In this document: positions 9,267 through 18,530 of the stretch, piece by piece | How positions within the stretch are numbered: the stretch's first letter is position 1 | How the letters are laid out: every line of letters starts with the position of its first letter | Assembly (NCBI GenBank): GCA_041389005.1 | Contig: JAWKSR010000005.1 | Coordinates: forward strand, 1 to 59,376 | Length of the DNA stretch: 59,376 nucleotides | Source: Minisyncoccota bacterium | Lineage (GTDB): Bacteria; Patescibacteriota; Minisyncoccia; Phycocordibacterales; UBA918 | Direction: 5' to 3' | Notes under the pieces: model-generated | Told to the model about the DNA's origin: nothing | Database searches by the model: none | Seen by the model: the letters and a program-made list of their open reading frames with translations, nothing else | Position numbers and translations under genes: made by a program

Positions 9267-10712
9267 ATGTCTGACAAATCCGCGCGCTATATCACCACCA
9301 CCTTGCCGTATGTAAATGCCGAGCCGCACGTTGGTTTTGCGCTAGAAGCAGTACAAGCGGACACGCTGGCACGATACTGGCGACACGTTGCCGGATGTGA
9401 AGTATTTTTTAATACGGGTACGGATGAGCATGGACAAAAAATAGCGGATAAAGCCGATGAAGCAGGGAAAGATAGACAAGCCTATGTCGATCACTATGCG
9501 GCTGAGTTTGGCAAACTGAAAGAAGCCCTGAATCTTTCGTACGACAACTTTATCCGTACTACTGACCCACAGCACAAAGCCGCCGCGCAAGCCATCTGGC
9601 AACGTTGTGCTGAGAACGGCTACATCGACAAAAAGGTCTATAAAGGTCTCTACTGTGTGGGGGACGAGATGTTCTTGCGCGAGAGTGACCTGGTTGATGG
9701 CAGGTGTCCCAACCATCCTAATATTGATCCAATCGAGATTGAAGAAGAAAACTACTACTTCAAACTCTCTGAGTTTGAAGACTATCTGATTGAATATTTA
9801 AGCAACCCTGCTTCGGTAACACCCGAATGGCAACGCCAGTGGGCACTCGATTTTGTGAAAAGTGGTTTGGGTGACTTATCTATCTCTCGCCCTAGGAGTC
9901 GCGTGGATTGGGGTATTCCTGTGCCGGGTGATGATGAGCATGTTATGTACGTGTGGTTCGATGCCCTTACCAACTACATCTCTACACTTGGCTGGGAAGC
10001 AGATACCGATGGTAATTTTAAGAAGTTTTGGCAGGATGGACAGACGCTCCAGCTTGCTGGGAAAGATCAGGTACGATTCCAGTCCATCATTTGGCAGGCA
10101 ATGTTAAAGGCGGCTGACCTTCCAGCTACCGACACTGTTTTCTATCACGGCTTTATCACCAGTGGTGGACAAAAAATGAGTAAGAGTCTCGGCAATGTCA
10201 TTTCTCCATACGAAATGATAGAACGCTATGGCACTGATGCTACTCGCTACCTACTGCTTAGACATATCCACCCGACCGATGATTCAGACATCACCTGGGA
10301 GAAAATGGACGAATGGTACACTGCCAACCTAGTAAACGGTCTTGGCAATCTTACTGCCCGCATTATGAAGATGGCGGAGACTCATTTAAAGGGTCCGATT
10401 GAAAAACCACAAGTTGGTCAATTTGACGAAGCGTATCTTAAAGCTCTTGATGAATATAACTTCCAAGGCGCCTGTGATTTTGTGTGGCAGAAAGTAGGGG
10501 AGCTTGATGAGCGAATTACTGAGACCGAACCGTTCAAACTAGTCAAAGAAGATAAAGAAGCAGCCCAAGAGATAATCAAAGAACTCGTGCACGATCTCTA
10601 CCTTGTTGGACGGATGCTTTTCCCGCTTATGCCAGAAGCCAATGTCATTATCAAAGAAGCAGTCCTTGCCAACAAAAAACCAGAGAATTTGTTTACTCGG
10701 TTAGAGATTTAA
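9267..10712 (+). CDS. metG: methionine--tRNA ligase
   Basis: TTTLPYVNAEPHVGF (HIGH-type) and KMSKSLGN. Intact 481-aa ORF. Confidence 0.93.
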   Translation: MSDKSARYITTTLPYVNAEPHVGFALEAVQADTLARYWRHVAGCEVFFNTGTDEHGQKIADKADEAGKDRQAYVDHYAAEFGKLKEALNLSYDNFIRTTDPQHKAAAQAIWQRCAENGYIDKKVYKGLYCVGDEMFLRESDLVDGRCPNHPNIDPIEIEEENYYFKLSEFEDYLIEYLSNPASVTPEWQRQWALDFVKSGLGDLSISRPRSRVDWGIPVPGDDEHVMYVWFDALTNYISTLGWEADTDGNFKKFWQDGQTLQLAGKDQVRFQSIIWQAMLKAADLPATDTVFYHGFITSGGQKMSKSLGNVISPYEMIERYGTDATRYLLLRHIHPTDDSDITWEKMDEWYTANLVNGLGNLTARIMKMAETHLKGPIEKPQVGQFDEAYLKALDEYNFQGACDFVWQKVGELDERITETEPFKLVKEDKEAAQEIIKELVHDLYLVGRMLFPLMPEANVIIKEAVLANKKPENLFTRLEI

Positions 10713-10714
10713 CT

Positions 10715-11107
10715 ATGCATGGAAATATTGACACTATTTTGGCGCTTGCAAAAAGGAATATACAGACGAATCCGACTATTGCAAAAAAGTCTGTTGAATC
10801 GGTAGTCACGCGCTATATTGAAGAAATAGCCAAAGAAGCTGCCGAAGTCTTACCTGAAGTGAAAGAACAAAATGCGATTCATCTCACAGATGAATTAGGT
10901 GATGTGTTTTGGGATTTTATAAATCTAGTATCACTGTGTGCAGACCGAGGACTCATTGATTCCGTTGATGATGTTTTTATTGCAGCAGTAGATAAATATA
11001 CTGAGCGGAGTAAAGCCTTTTCAGAATCTAACGATGAAAAATGGAATGAGATTAAAGGTGTACAAAAGGCACGTTTAGCAAAAAAACATACATATCGTTA
11101 TGGTTGA
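10715..11107 (+). CDS. MazG-like nucleotide pyrophosphohydrolase
   Basis: 130 aa with EEIAKEAAEV...LTDELGDVFWDFINL, the EExxE...ExxD helical NTP-PPase signature. Confidence 0.65.
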   Translation: MHGNIDTILALAKRNIQTNPTIAKKSVESVVTRYIEEIAKEAAEVLPEVKEQNAIHLTDELGDVFWDFINLVSLCADRGLIDSVDDVFIAAVDKYTERSKAFSESNDEKWNEIKGVQKARLAKKHTYRYG

Positions 11108-11960
11108 TAAATACATCGACACACATGCGCATTTGAATTTGTCAGCCTTTAAGGACGATGTTCATGCAGTGTCAGCACGGTGCAGAGAAGAGGGAGTGGC
11201 GGTGATAAATGTCGGCACTAAAGAGACCACCAGTGCACGAGCAGTAGAACTGGCAGAGCAGTACGAGCATTGCTACGCGATTGTCGGACTCCACCCCATT
11301 CAAACAACACCGGGCAATCATGATGAAGAAGAGATTGGTGAAGGTGGACAGTCGTTTGTTTCAAAGGGTGAGGAGTTTAACTATGCCTTTTATCGTGAAT
11401 TAGCAACGCATAAAAAAGTGGTAGGGATTGGTGAATGTGGTTTTGACTATTGGCACAATGGCGTTGAAACGTATGAGATACAAGAAAAAGCTTTCGCGGC
11501 GCAGATTGATTTAGCTAATGAACTTGGGCTACCACTGATGATTCACACTCGTAATCCAAAACCAGGGGAGGAAAGTCCGACCGGGCAAGATGTGTATGAT
11601 GATGTGTACGATATGCTCAAGGCACGAGCTCAGGTGCCGTTTAATGTCCATTTTTACGCGGGAACAATCGAGCAAGCTAAAAAATTTATTGATCTTGGCG
11701 GCACCGTCTCTTTTACTGGTGTCATTACTTTCAAAAATACTACTGAGTACCATGAGGTAATAAAAGAGTTACCGTTAGAGAAAATACATGCTGAGACGGA
11801 TTGTCCGTATGTGGCACCAGTACCGCACCGAGGTAAACGCTGTGAACCACACATGGTTATTGAAGTGTATAGACAGATAGCAACACTCAAAAATATGGAT
11901 GTAGAATCTGTGAGATTACAATTACTCGAGAATGCCAAACGGTTTTACGAGTTGCACTAA
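11100..11960 (+). CDS. tatD: TatD family hydrolase
   Basis: YIDTHAHLN, GECGFDY, MIHTR and ETDCPY metal-ligand motifs. It overlaps the upstream gene by 8 nt. Confidence 0.85.
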   Translation: MVDKYIDTHAHLNLSAFKDDVHAVSARCREEGVAVINVGTKETTSARAVELAEQYEHCYAIVGLHPIQTTPGNHDEEEIGEGGQSFVSKGEEFNYAFYRELATHKKVVGIGECGFDYWHNGVETYEIQEKAFAAQIDLANELGLPLMIHTRNPKPGEESPTGQDVYDDVYDMLKARAQVPFNVHFYAGTIEQAKKFIDLGGTVSFTGVITFKNTTEYHEVIKELPLEKIHAETDCPYVAPVPHRGKRCEPHMVIEVYRQIATLKNMDVESVRLQLLENAKRFYELH

Positions 11961-11977
11961 GAAAAAGCGAGTCTGAA

Positions 11978-12436
11978 TCAGACTCGCAGTGGGATAGGGT
12001 GCCATTGGGTGACAAATTGAAGATGTCGGAAAGCGTGTTCCGGGGAACGAATCACCAAACCATTCAATTGACGGGCATGAATTTCCTTGCAACGAAGTTC
12101 ATATTCACGGTATTCATCATAAGAAATTTTATGCCACCTTTCCCAAAGTCCAGGTTCGTTTTTAAACCATCTCTGTACAGCATTAAAAAATGCTATTGCT
12201 TCCAATGACCCGCGAAGGTTGTTGCACAAGCAACAGGCAGCAACCATGTTTTCTGGAATGGTTTTTCCTCCATAGTATCTGGGCTCGACATGGTCTTTTG
12301 TCGCTGCATTTCGAGGAGTCGGCTTTCCATCAACATGTACATGACGCATCATGATATGTCCACAGTAGCAGCACCGATGATTTTGAAGTTCTGAAAGAAC
12401 GACAATGTCTACCATGAGTACGTCCTTTCGTGTCAC
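11978..12436 (-). CDS. HNH endonuclease
   Basis: CCYCGH...ATKDHVEPRYYGG...NMVAACCLCNNLRG, an HNH beta-beta-alpha-metal motif with a Cys4 framework. Confidence 0.75.
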   Translation of the reverse strand: MTRKDVLMVDIVVLSELQNHRCCYCGHIMMRHVHVDGKPTPRNAATKDHVEPRYYGGKTIPENMVAACCLCNNLRGSLEAIAFFNAVQRWFKNEPGLWERWHKISYDEYREYELRCKEIHARQLNGLVIRSPEHAFRHLQFVTQWHPIPLRV

Positions 12437-12510
12437 TCAAGGGTTGTTCTTAAGTAAAATACTAACAATACTTAACTCAAATATCCAAGTCAGATAATTC
12501 AAATTGTGGA

Positions 12511-13448
12511 CTAGTCAAAAATATTGAGTAAGTACGAATCAATCTTCCGCTGATCCCAATCGTAGAAGTGGGCGCCGGCTTTATCTAAGTCTTTCGCGAG
12601 TTCGGTGCCGACAAACCGCCAGTGCCATGGTTCGTAAACATAGTAGGCATTGTCTTCAGGGTAGGAGAGTACAAAGCCGTATGTGTGAGCGTTATCAACC
12701 AGCCATTCATACGCAGCAGTACTACCAAAGGGCTCAAGTGCACCACCGATACCGCTGGTGGTGAAGTCGATGGTGGTACCGAGCTGGTGCTCTGAATAAC
12801 CTTGGTCAGCGGAAAAGGCATTGGCGCCCGAACCATAGGTCACGGTATAGGCACTTTTGAGTGCTGCCTGGGTACCGTACGACCGATATGCAGATACAAC
12901 CCAGAGGTCGATACCATCGTCTTTGGCAGCCTCTACCATGTCCTCAAAAAACGGCATGACCTTGCTATGCAGTTCGAGATCTTTGGTCTCAGTGTATTTC
13001 CAATCGCTGTCTATTTGAGTGAGGTTTTCTGGTACGAAGTGTTCGTTGAGGAAGTACACCTTAGAGTATTTTTGGAGGAGTTCCTCATCAGTTTTAGAAA
13101 GTTTATCGAGATCGTAGACCGTGTTAATCACCTCACGGTACTCATCTTCAAAATCATCATTCTTTTTCTTCTCCCTGCGATAATCGTCTTCCATATCATC
13201 GAGCTCTTCTTTGGTGAGGTCGAGTTCACCACCAAGCTCAGCGATAGTAGCATCTTTCTGCTCAATAAGGGCGGTGGTGGAAGCGGCGAGAGTTGCGGCT
13301 GCAGTTTCCATCTCAGCTACCTGGGCTTCGTGAGTAGCGATGGTGGAGACAAGAAACTCACGAGTCTCACTGAGCTCAAGCCACAAAAGAGACTGACCAC
13401 TACAAAACAACCCGCCACTCCCGCCAAAATATAGTGTAGTCGTTCCAT
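12511..13448 (-). CDS. M15 family D-Ala-D-Ala carboxypeptidase (VanY-like) with coiled-coil linker and N-terminal membrane anchor in a shifted frame
   Basis: SAYRSYGTQ, SEHQLGTTIDF and YEPWHWRFVG. An upstream ATG at 13448 encodes MERLHYILAGVAGCFVVVSL in another frame, with the break at a homopolymer near 13385. Confidence 0.75.
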
Positions 13449-13521
13449 GTCACACGATTGTACCACGTTGGATGCAAAATCAATCGAGTCGGGCGACTGG
13501 ATTGAAATGCGCTACTATTCG

Positions 13522-13538
13522 TGGTACTGTAGCGCCAC
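13522..13538 (+). promoter_or_regulatory. candidate rpsF promoter (extended -10 plus GC-rich discriminator)
   Basis: TGGTACTGT followed by AGCGCCAC. The pattern matches the rRNA promoters in this window. Confidence 0.35.
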
Positions 13539-13563
13539 ATTATTAGGTTAATGACAAATTATT

Positions 13564-14124
13564 GTGTCAGAAACAACAATGCCAGCAGCCGAAGCTGAGG
13601 CAGTACTAACAACCGATGAGGTTGCTAGCTACGAACTCGCTTTCCACGTACTTCCAACGGTTGCTGAAGGGGAAGTACCAACTGTATTTGAGTCTATCAA
13701 AGCCGCAGTGTCTAAAGCCGGAGCAACTATCTCTGACGAAGAGGCACCTGAACGCTTTGAACTCGCATACGAAATTGTTCAGAACGTAGAGGGAAAGAAC
13801 CGTAAGTATGGCAGCGCCTACTTTGGTTGGGTTCGCTTCACGTGTGAACCAGAGAAGATTGCTGTTATTACCGAGGAGGTAGAAGGTAACGGCAATATCC
13901 TTCGTCATCTTTTGATCCGTCTTACCCGAGCTGAGGAACAAAATCCGTTTCGTTTCCATGAAGCTATCAAGGACCAAAAAATGGTCACGACAGTTGAAGA
14001 ATCAGAGGTGGTACCAGATACCACAACTGTGAGTAAAGAGGAGAGTGACCATACTACCGAGGAAGAATCAGCTGAGGTAGATGAGAAAGAGCTCGACAAA
14101 GCACTCAAAGAAAAAGACGTTTAA
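13564..14124 (+). CDS. rpsF: 30S ribosomal protein S6 with an acidic C-terminal extension
   Basis: YELAFHVLP...FELAYEI...NILRHLLIRL, in the conserved rpsF-ssb-rpsR order. The start may instead be the ATG at 13579. Confidence 0.75.
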   Translation: MSETTMPAAEAEAVLTTDEVASYELAFHVLPTVAEGEVPTVFESIKAAVSKAGATISDEEAPERFELAYEIVQNVEGKNRKYGSAYFGWVRFTCEPEKIAVITEEVEGNGNILRHLLIRLTRAEEQNPFRFHEAIKDQKMVTTVEESEVVPDTTTVSKEESDHTTEEESAEVDEKELDKALKEKDV

Positions 14125-14142
14125 TCACTAAACTTTAGGATT

Positions 14143-14577
14143 ATGTACATTAACAAAGCAATGGTCTACGGGAATCTCACGAGAGACCCAGAACTCAAAA
14201 CCCTCCCTAGTGGTATGAGCGTATGTTCATTTTCACTTGCGACAAACCGTGTTTACAACGATCGTGATGGTAAGCGCCAAGAAGCAGTGGAGTACCACAA
14301 TATCGCTGTATTTGGTCGTCAGGCAGAAACGAGCGCCCAGTATCTTAAGAAAGGAAGCAGCGCGTATGTAGAAGGACGTCTACAAACTCGTAGTTGGGAG
14401 GCAGATGGTGTGAAGCACTATCGAACTGAAATCGTTGCTGATCGTGTACAGTTTGGTCCTCGTGGAGATGGAGCACCAAGCGGACAAGCCGCCGCCCCAG
14501 CGAAGCAAAATGATGAGGCACCGAAGGCACCGGATTATCCAGAAGAGGACATTAATCCTGAAGACATCCCTTTTTAG
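14143..14577 (+). CDS. ssb: single-stranded DNA-binding protein
   Basis: OB fold (NKAMVYGNLTRDPELKTLPSG...VEYHNIAVFGRQAE) and the acidic tail EDIPF. Confidence 0.9.
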   Translation: MYINKAMVYGNLTRDPELKTLPSGMSVCSFSLATNRVYNDRDGKRQEAVEYHNIAVFGRQAETSAQYLKKGSSAYVEGRLQTRSWEADGVKHYRTEIVADRVQFGPRGDGAPSGQAAAPAKQNDEAPKAPDYPEEDINPEDIPF

Positions 14578-14748
14578 CCCCAAAATATAACCCATCTACT
14601 GCGTTGTGCTTCGGTAAAATAACATTCGCTCGGCTCAAGCCGCACTCATGTTATTTTCCTTGCCCACCTTGTATCTGAGTCATCTTTGCGGCTAAAAAAG
14701 ATATCCAAAATCAAACTTAAGAAAGGTATATAACATTCTTAATTAACC

Positions 14749-14952
14749 ATGAAAAAAGACACTGAAACTAAGTCACAACCGTCAAATCACATTGACTACA
14801 AAGACATCACAACCTTGAAGAACTACGTAAACCCGCATGCACGTATGAACAGTCGTAAGCGTACTGGTTTTACTGCTAAGCAGCAGCGCGATTTTGCGCG
14901 GGCTACGAAGCGGGCACGGTTTATGGCCTTGATGCCATTCGTCAGCCACTAA
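14749..14952 (+). CDS. rpsR: 30S ribosomal protein S18
   Basis: IDYKDITTLKNYVNPHARMNSRKRTGFTAKQQRDFARATKRARFMALMPF. Confidence 0.9.
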   Translation: MKKDTETKSQPSNHIDYKDITTLKNYVNPHARMNSRKRTGFTAKQQRDFARATKRARFMALMPFVSH

Positions 14953-15073
14953 TTTTAAACTCCAGAATATATCCCATCTGCTTTTCTGAAGTTTAAAAGG
15001 CTAAATCAAAACAAAAAGCCCGGCGCCGAAGGCGCGAGCTTTTGTAACCCTTCGTGCGACCTACAGTTCTAAA

Positions 15074-15527
15074 ATGCGGAACAGTTTGACAAACGAGGAG
15101 GTCATCATGTGTCAGGTTGTAGCGATTCGGTGTGAGGTCACCTCACTTTCCAAGCAGTTTTGTGTCATGGTAGGGAGAGAAAAAGTAGCTGAAGCGCTAC
15201 TGCATATCTTCCACACCAAGACACGCATTTACGCAGAAATCCACGATGTTTTGGTTATGGAAGAGCACCGCGGACGAGGACATGGAACAAGGCTCTTAAA
15301 CGGCATCAGGGATTTTTGTTACAGAGTATGCCGCAGAGCAACAACACGATGTGCATATCCGCTTTACCAGCGGACCACATCGTAAAGCCGCCAATCACCT
15401 TTACCAAAAACTTGGCTACCAACTCTTGGCAAAAGCCACTAAGGATGGTACGAATTACTATGGAGCGGTCACTTCCCCTAAAGGAGAGCAACATGAAAAA
15501 CCAACCGACTATGCCACTCGCGGTTAA
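15074..15527 (+). CDS. GNAT family N-acetyltransferase (one frameshift as assembled)
   Basis: VMEEHRGRGHGTRLL (acetyl-CoA loop) in frame 1 and AANHLYQKLGYQLL in the next frame. Removing one T from the T5 run at 15312-15316 joins them as DFVTEYAAEQQHDV. Confidence 0.65.
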
Positions 15528-15622
15528 ACTCGTGTTTTGTGGTGGCGGTGGAATATTTTACTTCTTTTGGGAGTGTACAATCAAATTGCCATTCTTTGAC
15601 GTTCTAGAGAATGCCTAAAAAC

Positions 15623-15648
15623 AAAAAAGGCGCTACAGCGCCCTTTTC
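15623..15648. terminator. bidirectional terminator between the GNAT gene and efp
   Basis: AAAAGGCGC-TACA-GCGCCCTTTT. Confidence 0.55.
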
Positions 15649-16222
15649 CTATGCCTTCTCAATGCGTTCGGAGTACTGTCCAGTTTCGGTATTCACCGCT
15701 ACCGCGTCACCTTGGTTGATGAACTGGGGTACTTGGATAATTGCTCCCGTCTCCAAGGTTACTTCCTTGGTGGCGCCGCTTGGTGTTGCCTTTAACTGCC
15801 TCTGAGGCTTCTTTCACTGCCAGCTCAACTTTTATCGGTACCATGACACTCATGATCTCATCGTCAAAGACTAAGGCAGTCACCACACTGTTTTCTTTCA
15901 AAAAACGAGCATCACCAGCAATAATATCTTCTGCAAAACTAAACCGATCGCTCGGGTTATCTGGCGTACAGAACCAAAATTCACCACGGTTATTGTAGAG
16001 GTACTTCACCTCACGCTTCTCTATATCAGCTTCATCTAAGACATCAGACTGATGAAAGGTACGGTCTACTACACCGCCCGTCTTGAGGTTTTTCATTTTG
16101 ACCGCGTTGCTTGCTTTCTGACGGTCTTTTTTACTAATTGCCGAAGACAACACCACGTATGGATCACCGTCCATAATAACGGTGCGTTTCGGGAGTAATT
16201 CATTGTATTGTAGTTTCGCCAC
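15649..16222 (-). CDS. efp: elongation factor P (C-terminal domain in a shifted frame as assembled)
   Basis: ORF 15707-16222 carries domains I and II. The last part (SGATKEVTLETGAIIQVPQFINQGDAVAVNTETGQYSERIEKA) reads in another frame to a TAG at 15649-15651. GTG start. Confidence 0.85.
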
Positions 16223-16264
16223 GCTAGTTTTCTATGAGTGATAACGAATTAGAAAATCTTACGT

Positions 16265-16338
16265 CTGCCCCATTTCGGGCGAAGTGCGTGCTGAATAAGG
16301 TAATAGCACGAGCCCGTAACAGGAAATGGGGTGGGGCA
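16265..16338 (+). repeat. conserved ~72-nt stem-loop element, copy A (candidate structured RNA)
   Basis: The core at 16268-16331 is CCCCATTT CGGGC GAA GTGC GTGCTGAATAAGGTAATA GCAC GA GCCCG TAACAGG AAATGGGG. A near-identical copy lies at 27090-27161 with compensatory changes in the 4-bp stem. Confidence 0.6.
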
Positions 16339-16410
16339 AACGTAAATCAGTCATCTTTATAACAAAGTCGGGAAAGAAAGGCAAAATCCTGCAACTTTCT
16401 GTTTTTACAG

Positions 16411-16419
16411 TGGTACTAT
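16411..16419 (+). promoter_or_regulatory. extended -10 element for a leaderless sigma-factor mRNA
   Basis: TGGTACTAT ends 7 nt before the A of the ATG at 16426. Confidence 0.4.
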
Positions 16420-16425
16420 AAAAGC

Positions 16426-17011
16426 ATGCTTGGACTCACCAATACTGACCATTTGCACGATTTGAGTGATGAGGAATTACTGGCTCGTTCTCGTAAAGAG
16501 CCATGGGTGTTTGCTGCACTTCTAGACCGCTACCAAGACGCCTTTATGCGTAAAGCCATGAGTATCATCCACAATGAACTGGACGCTGAAGAAATAGTAC
16601 AAGACGCCTTTACCAAGATATACATCAACGCTGACCGTTTTGAGCCGCAAGAAGGTGCTAAGTTCTCTTCGTGGGGGTACCGTATCCTCATGAATACTGC
16701 CTTTACTCGCTACCAAAAGCGGGTAAAAGAAGGACAGCGTTTTACCAATATCGACCCCGAGTTTGAACAATTGATCGGCGAGCGGAGCGAGCATAGTGCT
16801 TTGAAGAACGCCGTGACGCTATTGACCGAGTATTAGAACGTTTGCCGGGACACTTTGCGTATGTATTGCGTCTGCATTATCTCGAACGTTGGAGTCAGCA
16901 GGATATTGCACAAGAGACTGGGAGACAGTAGGGACTGTCAAAGCCCGTATTCATCGTGCCAAAGCTGCGTTCGGGAGGAGACTGGAGACGAGGAAGTACG
17001 GCAGCTCCTAA
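16426..17011 (+). pseudogene. ECF-type RNA polymerase sigma-70 family factor, frame-disrupted as assembled
   Basis: Region 2 (EEIVQDAFTKIY...FSSWGYRILMNTAF) is in ORF 16426-16836. The region 4 HTH (LRLHYLERWSQQDIAQETG / TVGTVKARIHRAKAAFGRRL) is spread over two other frames, ending at a TAA at 17009-17011. Confidence 0.7.
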
Positions 17012-17066
17012 AAGACTGAAACTTTTTAGCGTGCAGTCGTGTTTAATAAAGGGTAATACTACGAAT

Positions 17067-17387
17067 ATGTCATACCAAACCATTCATACCACTATCATGC
17101 GCCGCGTGTACTATGCCTTTGCCGTACGTCTGGCGACTCACACAGTAACGTTGCACGTGCTGGCTCTGGCAGTGCTCGGCTTTGTGCTCGCTAAGCTGGT
17201 CTTTGTGGCTCGCGTGTACGAGAACCTCGCTAGTCGCGAATTCGGTGAGTTACTACCCGCTACGCTTCGCATACTCATGCATGCTGACGTACTCACCCTC
17301 GTTGTCTTTGCCGTAGCTGTCTTCACTGCACTATCCCTTCCAGTCCGTACGTTTGTACTGCGACCGGCGCCATTGCAATTTGCCTAA
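17067..17387 (+). CDS. hypothetical membrane protein (possible anti-sigma partner, by position only)
   Basis: ATG at 17067. 106 aa with three predicted TM helices, directly downstream of the ECF sigma gene. Confidence 0.4.
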   Translation: MSYQTIHTTIMRRVYYAFAVRLATHTVTLHVLALAVLGFVLAKLVFVARVYENLASREFGELLPATLRILMHADVLTLVVFAVAVFTALSLPVRTFVLRPAPLQFA

Positions 17388-17404
17388 GGAAGGTTTTATA
17401 ACAC

Positions 17405-17435
17405 AAAAGCCCGGCGCCAATGGCGCCGGGCTTTT
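17405..17435. terminator. bidirectional intrinsic terminator
   Basis: AAAAGCCCGGCGCC-AAT-GGCGCCGGGCTTTT between convergent genes. Confidence 0.75.
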
Positions 17436-17444
17436 ATGTTTTTA

Positions 17445-18511
17445 CTAATCTTCTTTCAGCGCTTTACGGATATTCTTCAAAAGATCGTTAGCGACTTTCT
17501 TATTCTCTCGCAGGTAGGTGCGAGCAGCATCGTACCCACGGCCGAGTTTCTCAACGGAGGATTCATCACCGCCCGGGGAGTGTATGAGTAGGAGGCGCCT
17601 GCTTTGGCAACCATGTTGTATTTTTCACCCAGTGCGAGGAGCTCACCTTCACGGCTGATACCCTCGCCATAGATAAGATCAAACTCAGTGGTGCGGAACG
17701 GCGCAGCGACCTTGTTTTTTACCACTTTCACTCGATGGCGACCTCCGACCACTTCGTCACCTTTTTGATTTGAGCAATACGGCGGATATCAAGGCGAACT
17801 GACGTATAAAATTTAAGGGCTTTACCACCTGGCGTTGTTTCCGGATTGCCAAACATCACACCAACCTGCATACGAATTTGGTTGATGAAAATAACCACGG
17901 TCTTACTCTTAGCTACAATACCAGTGAGTTTACGTAACGCCTGACTCATCAGACGCGCTTGTTTACCAACGTGATGAGCTCCCATTTCACCCTCAATTTC
18001 GTCTCGCGGAGTAAGGGCAGCAACGGAGTCGATAACAATCACGTCAACATCACCAGAACGCACCAAGGACTCAACAATCTCGAGTGCCTGCTCACCATTG
18101 TCTGGTTGTGAGATGAGTAGTTCATCCATCTTCACGCCAAGGTTTTTAGCGTACTCAGGGTCCATGGCGTGTTCAGCGTCGATAAAGGCACAGACACCAC
18201 CTGTTTTTTGCGCCTCAGCCACGGCATGGAGTGAGAGAGTAGTTTTACCAGAAGATTCAGGTCCGTATATCTCAACAATACGTCCGCGGGGAAGTCCACC
18301 AATACCTAATGCGTCATCAAGCCCAATGGAGCCAGTTGAGATGGCATCCACGTCAACTTTATGACCCTCAGCGAAGGTCATGATAGCTTCCTCACCAAAC
18401 TTAGTTTTAATACTACGTAGCGCTTCGGTAATCTTGGTCGAATCCTTCTTTTTTCAGGGGTTTCAGTAGAAGGGGTTTTTGCAGTTGTCTTTTAGCAGCT
18501 TTCTTAGCCAT
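17445..18511 (-). pseudogene. recA: recombinase RecA, frame-disrupted as assembled
   Basis: ORF 17728-18381 holds the Walker A (GPESSGKTT) and FINQIR. ORF 17477-17752 holds the following segment. The N-terminus (MAKKAAK..., ATG at 18511) and the C-terminal tail (...[17 protein letters not shown] at 17445) are in other frames. At least 4 breaks. Confidence 0.9.
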
Positions 18512-18530
18512 AGTATTGTTCATTATTCTT

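Noticed and set aside
16276-16316. A kink-turn interpretation of the CGGGC-GAA...GA-GCCCG internal loop in the two-copy element.
   Set aside because: The strand with the 3-nt bulge is not followed by the required G-A dinucleotide. It reads GT in copy A and AC in copy B. The loop is therefore a 3x2 GA-rich internal loop and not a canonical k-turn.
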